DNA from: Convolutriloba macropyga
Lineage: Eukaryota
Assembly (NCBI RefSeq): GCF_964194025.1
Contig: NC_134473.1
Coordinates: 59,210,001 to 59,274,000, forward strand
Length of the DNA: 64,000 nucleotides
Reading direction: 5' to 3'
Position 1 is the first letter of the stretch; each line of letters opens with the position of its first letter. The notes below the pieces were generated by a model. That model was given only the letters and a program-made list of their open reading frames with translations, made no database searches and was not told where the DNA came from. Positions 53,677 to 64,000 of the stretch are shown here, one piece after another. The position numbers and the translations under genes were made by a program.

Positions 53677-53987
53677 GGGTTGGAACGGGGCTTGTGAATA
53701 CTGCAATTGGTTTGCATTATCGCGAATGGGCGACCAGACCTATAGTGATCACACCTCCAGCGAGTACAGCCAATCAGCACATTGCCACAAAAACTATGCT
53801 AGCGAATCCCAGTCTATATTCTATCTCAAGTTACGGTGACCCGTTTCGTTACGAGGAGCATGACGACAGTACTTGTCAGATAATGATAGTTCAAGCTAAA
53901 CTGAACAACAAACACAACTTTACAGGTGATCATGAATGGAAAAAGGCAACAAATATATTAAATTTACTTCAAACTGATGTTTTTTAA
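53677..53987 (+). CDS. GNAT paralog C, last exon (full protein 253 aa)
   Basis: (G)VGTGLVNTAIGLHYREWATRPIVITP...YGDPFRYEEHDD...LLQTDVF*; acceptor aaatag|GG; 3' UTR similar to that of B. Confidence 0.85.
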
Positions 53988-54780
53988 AAAGTTATATTTT
54001 TAGTTCTTAGATTTTTACGCTTTAAGCTGTTTATGTGTGTTTATTTGTAAATTTTCCTTAGAGTGTTAGGCACTGAATTCTAATCAAGTTCTTGTAAAAA
54101 GTCTTTTTAGTGTAGTAATTGCAATCAATTCGGTTTAGTTAAAAAGAACAGATGAAAATAACAAATAAGTTTAATAAAACACTCAGATTGATAATGTACT
54201 TCCGTTTTTAATAAAGAGATGCTCAAAAATTTCATTTTTATGTAAATCTCAGTTGCGTTGAGAAGTTACACATTTAGTGAAAAGTTACTTGTTTAAGCTG
54301 TATATGAAAAATAGTCAATAATTTTTCAGCATCTAAATTTGCAAAATTAATTGGCATTATTTTGAATTTTCTTTTAAGTTTGAGGCGGAGTTGAACGTAG
54401 TCACGAATGCCTGATGTACCTGCAACATAATTTTAACAAAAAATCTAAACTCTTTGAAGTCGTGAAAACTAATGACAGCCTTAAGTCAATGACTGGGTGT
54501 TTGTAGCACAAGTTTAATTGTTATATCAAATCTAAAAAACTGTGCAAAAATTTTAATTGGAGAAAGATTTTTTCTTCTTTACCAGCACCCAAGCGAAACA
54601 GGAAGTGAAGTTATATTACACAAGTAGTTTAATTCAATTGCTGTTTAGTTGAACTAAGTAGGAAGCATTAATATATAAGAGTAAATAAAGTGAGAAAGTG
54701 GTTAAATAAAAACAACTTAACGTGTTAGTCGTGGTAATTGTTGCTGTTGTGTGTGGTGTGTGAGAAAGACAGAAGGAGAG

Positions 54781-54884
54781 ATGTCTGAGCGACTGGATGA
54801 GAGGACTTATCTTCTGATGAAGATTGAACAACTCAGACAACAATGTGCAATCAAGAGGGAGAAGGTCTCCGAAACTGTACAGGA
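54781..54884 (+). CDS. GNG: Heterotrimeric G-protein gamma subunit, coding exon 1
   Basis: MSERLDERTYLLMKIEQLRQQCAIKREKVSETVQ matches the GGL-domain EQLR...R.KVS pattern; canonical donor GA|gtaagt, phase 2. Confidence 0.92.
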
Positions 54885-55876
54885 GTAAGTACAACTGAAC
54901 TTGAACACACAGTTACAACAGTTACAGAAAGATCTCTGCAGTGTTAGATTATAGAACGCCAGATTTTTATATACAGTTATACACAGATTATAGAATGCCA
55001 GATTTTCTATTTAATTTACTAAAACTAGAATTAAAAACTGCAGAAGTCGTGCTTCAAGCAAGATTACGAGACCATGAAGTCAGTGAGGAATAACCCCGGG
55101 CCGAATTATCACCCTTAATCCACCCCTATAATAAGCGGGGATTTGGGTGTAATGCGTATTCCCCCTCCTATGTATCGGGAAAAAGAGTGTAAGAGTGTAC
55201 TTTTAAGAAATTACACTGTATTTACATTCTTTTTTTCACTCTTTTTATACTCTTTGCAAAGAGTTTAATTTAGAGTGGGTTGATAAGAAATTACACTCTT
55301 TTTTTTAACTGCTACGCGGTTTTCGCCGGAAGCCATTTTTTTTCAATGGCTTCAGTAAATTCACCTCACTTATATCATTCACGACTTTGCATGACGTGTT
55401 GTTAATAATTCCACACAATTGTCATCGAAAATTTATCAAATTCCGAGGCCAAGCAAAGTTACTAATCAACTTGGAGCGTGCAATAACAAATGAGCAGTAA
55501 TGTCTTAAATCAACTGTCGTTGAGAATAAAACAGCTGCATATCCTACATCGTTGTGCAGCTGGTTAGGCTATAGAATATTATTTTTCGCGCACTCATAGC
55601 ACTCTCGCCACTTTTCAAATGGCAACAGTAGCGAGAACAAATTGGCGCAAAAAAGTATTCCAATCCCAAATTCAATGTTTCATCACTTTCAGGTTTTCGT
55701 AATGTTCATTCGATAGTGACAAGTTTTTTGCGTGGATAAGTCACGCAACGGTTGTAATCGCAACGAGAGTTTAGCAAAGGATTTACTGTTCACGTTAGCA
55801 AAAGAAAATAACAATGCAACCTGACAACCTGACTCGTCCAATAATGACACCTGCCAACTCTGACCAATCAAAATGC

Positions 55877-55933
55877 GGATCTTTTGCCCCCTTCCCCAGC
55901 TTAGTGGGTGCATATTACAAACGGAAAAGATCC
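55877..55933. mobile_element. Internally deleted GGATC MITE
   Basis: ggatctttt...aaaagatcc; 8-nt flanks caaaatgc / caaattcc (6/8 identical). Confidence 0.7.
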
Positions 55934-56622
55934 CAAATTCCAATTGTTGGAATGATTGTATAAATTAAGGTTTGGAATTAGTTCACTGTTTTTGGGGTAG
56001 CAAAATAAGATTCGAAAAGCAAATCCCTCAGTGGTTTATAACTGTTGCGAGGAACAATAATGGACAAAGGGTAGGTAGACCAGGCATATAGAGTCAAAAG
56101 AACTTTTATACCAGGTTTCTGTAAGCACCAGGTGTCTATTAGTGACGCCAGCTGATTAGCTTGGTTCTCTGACGTCCGATTGCAGCATAATCATCACAGT
56201 GAGTCAAAATTAACTGAAGCCGGAACACCCATAAAGATTTTGAAGCAAAACTCTTGAATGTTTTCAACGGTAGCCAACGAACAACAGTAGTCAGAAGATA
56301 GCCAAGGCAGATGATGTCAAAAGGAATTAACATAAAGTTTTACAGACACATTTCTGGAATCATGAGATCCAATTCACTGTCTTATTATATCCTGTTTGCT
56401 CCAACTTAGTTTTGAGCTCCAATTGAAAACGCTGTGTTATTATATAATATAACTTTGCACGATGAAGGGGGTGGGGGCTCGTTATATTCTCAATAAGCCG
56501 AGTTTTTAAACATCTTCTTAAATAACTAATTGAAGTTTTACTTTGAGCTATTACCTCTTCAGTGTTTTGTGTTGTCGTAAAATGTGAAACTCATTGCAAA
56601 ACGAAAACATCTATTGTTGATG

Positions 56623-57463
56623 CCCACGTTTAGGTGCGCGACCCTAGACCACTCTGATCAGACCATTTCCCAGACTTTGCCCTCTTATCAGATCATCGTG
56701 CGACCCAAAGCCCTCTGATCAGACCGTAGTGCGACCCAAATAATTCGTGCGACTCTGGTGCGACCGAAAACTTTGTGCGACTTTAGCGCGACCAACGCTC
56801 CCTCTGATCAGACCATTTCTGAATACATGTTATAATCCGTTGTTATTTGTTTAAATTATTTAATTCAAACCTATATACTACCTACTCAACTTAAAATTTA
56901 ATATTTTAGTATATCTTGTTAAGTTTAGGACAAAACTAATTGATAAAATATAAACAGGAAGCCATTTTGAAGTGCCTGCAACTTTTTATTTTGAGTCATC
57001 AAAAACAGTTATAAAAACTGCAGTCAAATAAATATTGTCAGTTAATGCTCTGTGGTCAGAGTTTGGGGCCATTTATATTCAGACTTTGGTGTCTGATCAG
57101 ACCGTAGTGCAACCATTGTCCGAACTTTCGTGCGACCTATGATCAGACTATAGTGCGACTTTGCCCTTCGATCAGTCCTTAGGGTTAGCATTGTCCAGAT
57201 TTTTGTGCGACCTATGAGCAAACTATAGTGCAACTTCGCCCTCTGGTCAGACCGTGACGCGACCAATGTCGAGACTTTCGTGCGACCTATGATCATACAT
57301 AGTGCGAATTTGCCTTTTGATCAGTCCGTAGTGCTAGCATTGTCCATACCATTGCGCGACTCAAGCATTTCCCAGACCATGTATTTTGGACCGCACCACG
57401 CCACGAGTGTGCAACCCAAATGGTCTGATCAGAGCAGTCTAGGGTCGCGCACCTGAACCTGGG
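56623..57463. mobile_element. CCC...GGG non-autonomous DNA transposon with tgatcagacc/gtgcgac subterminal repeats, in the G-gamma intron
   Basis: TIR cccacgtttaggtgcgcgaccctagac / gtctagggtcgcgcacctgaacctggg; 2-bp TSD TG on both sides. Confidence 0.88.
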
Positions 57464-57806
57464 TGTTTTTCACACATTTATGATTGTCTGCATGACAATC
57501 CTCTTATAGTAGGCTTTATAAATTCGAAAAGATTCTAACATCAACATTCCGATCATTTTATCTGAGAAAAGTTCATTTTGTATTATGAAAGCTGTAGAAT
57601 CAGGAATTTAACAAAACAATTAGAGTTTATACAGAGTCATTTTTGCTGGATGCAAGAAGAAAAGATAGATTGAATGTATTTTGCGGCAACTTTTCAGCTT
57701 CAATGTTGCAAAAATATAGTCCAAGAGGTTAATATTTGACATGTTAGAGAATAAAATGATAGAGATGGTATCTCCTGTTCAATTTTTCATGAAAGTAAAA
57801 GAAGTC

Positions 57807-57947
57807 GGATCTAATCTGTTTCACCAAATTTTTTTATGCCCCCAATTACAAATTATATTGTAATCTAGCGCGTTGATTTGTAAAAGAAACGTGCAACTGG
57901 GGGCGCAAAAGATATATGCCCACTAAGCTGGGGGAAGAAATAGATCC
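57807..57947. mobile_element. GGATC MITE with 8-bp TSD
   Basis: ggatcta...tagatcc; flanks aagaagtc / aagaagtg (7/8 identical); family core cccactaagctgggg. Confidence 0.75.
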
Positions 57948-59615
57948 AAGAAGTGAATGCATCTAAATTGCTAAAGTATGGGAATTATCTGTGGAGAATA
58001 GAAAAGAACAGCAGAAACCTTCATTGATAAACTGAACTATTGCGCTCTAACCAGATTGAATAAAAGCGACTAAACATATGTTTACCAAAAATAATTTATC
58101 AAAAATGGTATAAACAAAAAATGATAATTGCGGTAGAATTCAGAGATTTACAGGAAAAATCTGATTAGTAGATCAATATCCTGATTTGTGCATAAGGAAT
58201 GAGAAAGACTGCAAATTGTCCGTATATGTACAATAATTAACATGGAGAAAAAGAGGCGAGTGGAACCTTAACATTATAATTTCTGTTTGGGGACCTCAAG
58301 CCCACCAAATAACTTTTGTTAGTATCAAAAAATTTATTGAAATTGAGTATGAAAAAGTTTATCAGAAAAGTTCCAGCTATTTGAAAGAACCCAAAATTAA
58401 TGCATGTCATCAGTTTGTTGGACTTCTCAGTTAAGACTACCTAGTTGTTTCATTATTTTTGTTAATTGAAATCAACTGCGCCAGTTCACATTTGTTTGGT
58501 AACTATTTGCTAAAAATTTTTCACCCTTCAACAAATAATAACGGTATTTCAATAACGGCACATTTACAGCTGATTTACAGTATTTTCTAAAATACGCAAA
58601 TCTTCAGCATTTTGAAGAAGAATAATCTTTACATGCACTTATCTAGAAATTCTCTTTCATATTAAAAAAAACTCTCCATAAATTCATCCAACGTTGTTCA
58701 TATCACAAAATTAAAAAAAGAATTTTCTAAGTGAAGGGGATCATTTGAAAATCTGAGTGAATTGATGTCTTTCAAAAATTTATTTTCCTTAGGTGTTTGA
58801 ATTTTTTGTTCCAGAATGTTGCTTCAGAAACAAGATACGCAGGTTTTTGTCAGAAATTTTATTGCAAAAAATTCTCTGCAAAAGATTGGAAATTTTAGGA
58901 AACATTGTCTTTCCTTGTCAAAAGGTTTAAAAACAAGTGCGGGCGAATGTCGATGCATGGCAAAGGGATTTGTTGATATAACGCATCAAAAAGTGTAAAC
59001 CTGCATTCTTTTCAGTTTTTCTCAAAAAAGTATGAATATTTCACCAAAAATTAATTGAAGCAAAAGAACTGAAGCAATTTTTTTTTAAAAATTGGAAAAA
59101 TAAGTTTTAGTGGTAATTTATCGCACTTTTTAAGCTCGGTTTTAGAAAATCCACAGAAAAAACCACTAAAGGAGTAAACCGCGACATAACTTGAAGAACT
59201 GTAGCCTCAAATATATTAAATGAAATGGCAAGCTAAAACGAGCTTAGCTAAAATTGAGCTTAGCTAATACGAGCCTCACGGGCTATCGCCATTCCTTGGC
59301 CTCTTGTAGGACTTGATATAAAACTATCACAACCGAACAAATTATCATGATCGAAGTTTTTTAGGCGACCATACGCTTCAAGAACAATGATTTTTTCTGT
59401 GTGGGATTATTTCCGTGGTTTTTCTGCGTGGGTTTCAGTTCCAATGAAAATCAGACCTTTTTTTCTATGAGGGGTTAATTAATATTAGAATCAAATTGCG
59501 GTTTTTTTCCTGTGGGGTTTTATTTACTAGACCACTCAAACTGTAGCAATCTTGAAATTTTTGAACAGATGCTTAAACAGGATGACGACTTAAAATGATT
59601 TTTACTGTTTTTCAG

Positions 59616-59721
59616 TTTGATTGATTTCATGGACGAGACAGAGAAACACGATCACTTTCTGCGCCCAGTGAGAGACAGCAAAAACCCATTCGCAGAGAAG
59701 GCTAAATGTGACCTGCTGTAA
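59616..59721 (+). CDS. GNG: G-protein gamma subunit, coding exon 2 (total 69 aa)
   Basis: Acceptor tttactgtttttcag|T; (D)LIDFMDETEKHDHFLRPVRDSKNPFAEKAKCDLL* with the NPF motif and CAAX box. Confidence 0.93.
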
Positions 59722-59946
59722 ATCAATGTCATCCAACATATCTCTATTTTGAATTCGGGCTTTCATTTTTTGAACTAAAATACGTGTTATTTATTCTTTT
59801 TCCACTCTCAGACTCTTTTTCAAAATCTACTACCCACCATTTTATTCCATCCCAGTTAATTTATGCCTTTTTATGTTATATATCACCACAAAATGCAACA
59901 TTTTAATTGAATCTTCCATTCTTCTACTTTTTACGATTATTTTCTG

Positions 59947-60112
59947 GGATCTTTTCCGTTTGTGCCCCCCCCCTCAAGTACGTTATGCTCCTCCCAATTA
60001 CAGAACACCTACCATTACATAGTAAATCCTTAAGTAAAAATATGGCACGTGCGTCTGGGGGGTATAAATACTATGTACCCACTAAGCTGGGGGACACAAA
60101 CGGAAAAGATCC
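59947..60112. mobile_element. GGATC MITE, best-preserved copy
   Basis: Perfect 18-bp TIR ggatcttttccgtttgtg / cacaaacggaaaagatcc. Confidence 0.88.
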
Positions 60113-60193
60113 CTCTTTTGTATTTAACAGTAACCAGCGAATCTCGGAACTGATCCCCCAAAGTAGAATATGACCATGTGCAAATAATATTTC

Positions 60194-60395
60194 GGATCTT
60201 TAACGTTTGTGCCCCCCTCCCTCCCCCCCCCCAGCCTAATGGGTGCATATTATTTGCAGCCCCCAAACGCACGTGCCATAATTTTAAATTGTGATTTGCT
60301 ATGTACTGGCACGCGCTCTCTAACTGGGGGCGCATAATGTACTGCCCGAGGGGGGGGGGGGGGGGGGGGGGGGGTTGCACATACGGAAAAGATCC
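60194..60395. mobile_element. GGATC MITE in the opposite orientation, with expanded poly-G
   Basis: ggatcttt...cggaaaagatcc ends; core reverse-complementary to 59947-60112. Confidence 0.8.
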
Positions 60396-62059
60396 TGTAA
60401 ATGATATTTCTGATATATTCTGTCCCCCTCCGTCTTATTGAGCATATATTTTTACGCCCCCAAAACCATACGTGATATGTAAAACCTATATAAAGGAAAC
60501 ACTTTATTGATTGTTCCGACCAGGTGTTGAAAACAAATACTTCGCTTCACGGATGCTGGGGACTGCTCAATTCTTATAAAACCTGGCGAAAAATAAAAAA
60601 TCAAGCCTTAAATGTCAAAATTTGAATTCCAAATTTTAATTTTAATAATCAGCTGTCCTGAAAATAATTGCGCCATGATTTTGTGATCTTTTTTCGGCCG
60701 GATTAGTTTAACCCCTCATTTTAAACCACAAAATCTTCACCCAAACCTTACGTATCTCTTATTGAATAAGTTAATCGTACGATTTGTATAAAGAATTAGA
60801 AACGCGGTGAAACTTTAGAGGCGTGAAAGAACCATGGTTAAAGGAGACGGGGTTAAACTGAAGGTGCACTCACTTAGCCTAAAATTTAACAAAGACCGAA
60901 AGACCCAACTCTGATCAGACCGACTGGGGTCGCTAAAGGAGAGTAAACCACGACCCTTCTACAGTCTTGCAGGACTATTTTTGGTCTGTAAATTGTGATC
61001 AGCGCCCGTCCAGAGTCTGTACGGTCGGATCAGCTGACTACCCGCGACCTGGAAAATTTGATACGAGACCCACCCAGTTTGGATAGTCTAATACAGCGTG
61101 ATCTAGAATCTGTTTGTTTCCGTGGTGTAAGCTGGATAGTCCCGAACAGATCCAATTCCAGAATATGTAGGTCTGACCAGAAACCATTCCAAAGTCTCGA
61201 AAATACGCTCAAAAACAAGAGGTCAAGCTGAAGAAAAGGATGTCCTCTGCACAACAAAGAGATATTTAACTCCAGGAGACTTTTTTTTGAAAAGCTTTGC
61301 ACAATTTAACGTGGTGAATATCAAAGACCACGCCAAAGATTGTTTTGCTGGTTGCTGTTAAGCTTAAATTTTTTATTTGATTGGAACTATTTTTTTTGCA
61401 GAACTATCAAAATCTAAGAACAATACAGTATATCAATGATTACTGTTACTTCAATGGTTCGAAGTATCCGCTGGCACATCTCAGTGTGCGGCCCCAGTGC
61501 TTCCGAAACCAATACTGGGCAACCATGTTAGCCTGGAACCTCCAATGAGCAACCCAAGTGTGTCTGGCAAATTTAATGCGCGAAACAAGTATTCCTGGCA
61601 AAGCAAGAATTAGTTTCTCCATAATTTTTATTTGTACATTTCGTAGTGGTCGTTAACGTTCGATTAGTGCAGTTTAGTTCGCAAATTCTTCTTAGTATAT
61701 GTGTTTGTAGGGCAATAACACTCTCTCCGACAGGGGACTGACTGAGTTGTGCGTCAATTGAGATTGTTTCTTTGTCCATTATCTCAGTCAAGACTCTAAT
61801 GTTGGCTCCTCTCAAAAATGTTCTATTCTTACGAGTGATTTTTTTAAATCACCCAATGCTGACTGTCCCTTCCATTGACGTGTAATTGCGGTGCGAAAGA
61901 TATTTAACTTTAAAATGATTGTCCTGCAGCACGAATCAACAGTATTTGGTTAGAATAGCTTCGCGAAATACTTGTCTTACATTGAGATTTAAGAATGCAG
62001 AGTGAAGAAAAAGTTTTACGAGCTTTCACAAATACGTGAAAGAAACAGAATGTTAAAAT

Positions 62060-62345
62060 CCCAGGTTGAGGTCCAGACCCAAATTTGCTTCTGATCAGAC
62101 TTTCCAGACCAAAATTATCTCTAATCAGACTTTCCAGACCGAAATAATCTCTGAACAGACTTTCCAGACTCAATGTGTTCTGATCAGACTTTCCAGACCG
62201 AAAGAGTTCTGATCAGACCATCTCCAGACCATGGTCCAGACCCAAAATCAGACCCTTGTCCAGACCTTAATCAGACTATGATCAGACCCAATTTCTGATC
62301 AGACTCAGTCGAGACCATCTCCCCAGCTGACCACTCTGATCAAAA
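62060..62345. repeat. cccagg-starting element end with 30-bp tandem repeats (ctgatcagactttccagacc...)
   Basis: About 5 copies of the 30-bp unit at 62091-62230; same tgatcagac motif as the 56623-57463 element. Confidence 0.75.
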
Positions 62346-62482
62346 ACACTCAAAATTGCCATCGTCAGCCCTCCCATCCTTTACCCACAACACTTACATT
62401 GTCCATTCTCCTCCCCCTAACGAGTTGAATTCCCCTCTCATCAGCCTTCTTCTCAACCCTAACCCCATCGCTTGACCCCCAC

Positions 62483-62486
62483 CCAC

Positions 62487-62534
<48 letters not shown>

Positions 62535-62600
62535 ACACACACACACCCACACACACACACACCCAGATACCCACACACACATACACCCACCCGCACACAC
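62483..62600. repeat. (CA)n microsatellite
   Basis: Direct inspection. Confidence 0.97.
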
Positions 62601-63029
62601 AAACTTACACAAAAACGTTGGTTGAGATTTTACTGCGAAACTAGCTATAAAATAAAAGATTTGCGATGAATTTGAATAAAAACATTAGACTTGCGCTCAT
62701 TGCGATGAAAAATATTGACAGTTGAAGTTTTTCCACGCGCTTATGCGGGAAAAAAACTACCGCAAAAGTTGAATTATACAACAAACTACCGTTGAACTCA
62801 CCGCTATTCTTACAACGTTTTACCAAAGGAATAGTTGTATTGAAAAAATGCAACAATAGCGCTGATTAATCAGCAAACTTTAAAATATTAAAAAAGAAAT
62901 AACACTATAATGTATGTCGAACATGCAATCGGTCAATGACCACCTTATGGATAGCTATCAGCTTATGAAGCGCATAAGCATTTCAATCAAAGACATTTTA
63001 CAAATTTTTTAGATAAAACTTCACAAGAG

Positions 63030-63565
63030 AGCGAAGAAAGAGTCGAACTTCATGAAAAACGTTTGTTAATAACTTTTTGAAGACGAAAACTTAGAAAGTC
63101 TATTATAGGTCAGTTTGTTGCCATGATAATGCACCTTTTAAGTTTTTGTAGAAATAAATGCCATTTGTTGGATTTTATACAAATTTTTAAGAGCATTTTC
63201 AAAAAGAGTGATGAAAAAGTCGAACTTCATGAAAAACGTTTGTTAATAAATTTTTGAAGAAAACAATTTAGAAAGTCTATTATAGATCATTTTGTTGCCA
63301 TGATAATGCACCTTTTAAGTTTGTGTAGAAATAATTGCCAATTGCTGAATTTTATACAAATTTTTCAGAGAATTTTCAAAAACAGTGAAGAAAAAGTCGA
63401 ACTTCACCAAAAACGTTTGTTAATAACTTTTTGAAGAAGACAATTTAGAAAGTCTATTATAGATCATTTTGTTGACATGATAATGCACCCTTTAATTTTG
63501 TGTAGAAATAAATGCTAATTGCTGGATTTTATACAAATTTTTCAGAGAATTTTCAAAGAGAGCGG
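63030..63565. repeat. ~177-bp tandem repeat, 3 copies
   Basis: gtcgaacttca...aaaacgtttgttaataa recurs at ~63042, ~63220 and ~63396. Confidence 0.92.
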
Positions 63566-64000
63566 AAAAATGAATCTCTTCTCAATTTTTATGGCTGAGT
63601 GGTGTTTTGCGCAATTGAACGAGTTTTTCGGCGTGCATTTTGTGTTTTCTAGACACAATTTAAGTTGTTGAAGCTAATTGTATCAAATAATTGGGTTAAT
63701 TCAACGATTTTTCTTTTTTCACGATTTCATCAAATTTCTGTGGATGTTGTTTTATGTCAAAACACACAAAACATCATAACCTTATATAAAGTACTGAACC
63801 AAATTAAACGGAAGTGGTCGCATTTTGTTGGCCCTGAACCCCTCTTGCTTGAAGTATTTAATTGGTTTCTCAAACCGGCCTAGTCAAAAAGTTATTATTG
63901 TTCAAATTTGAAATAGGTCGAATTTTCGGGTTATTCTGGGTTATTTTGTGTTTGACGATTTCTCTAAAACTATGGTACCAAATTGGACGGGAATTGTCGA

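Noticed and set aside
3106-53987. Bacterial contamination as the source of the LuxI-like motifs
   Set aside because: The genes are split by kb-long introns containing LINEs and MITEs and lie next to a G-gamma gene.

Overview
AT-rich, repeat-dense eukaryotic DNA, most likely from an invertebrate; no bacterial operons or CRISPR. Genes: (i) three tandem + strand paralogs (A partial 3106-8786; B 18795-26868, 248 aa; C 38441-53987, 253 aa) encoding a GNAT-fold acyltransferase with LuxI/FeeM-like motif order, and (ii) a two-exon heterotrimeric G-protein gamma subunit (54781-59721, 69 aa, CAAX = CDLL). The rest is three decayed LINEs, several MITE families, ~1-kb-unit tandem arrays and micro/minisatellites. 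Main discovery: all six fully visible introns of the GNAT genes have weak or non-canonical donors (GTGGAT, GTACA, GC, GG) and A-rich acceptors with little or no pyrimidine tract. In each, the first ~12-15 intron nucleotides are complementary to a segment 8-21 nt upstream of the 3' AG, with compensatory changes between paralogs. One of them, a 565-nt GG-AG intron found only in paralog A, has the termini and 8-nt target-site geometry of a GGATC-ended MITE family present in the same window, suggesting a transposon that became an intron. The G-gamma intron is canonical and has no such stem. All gene models are manual and need RNA-seq confirmation.
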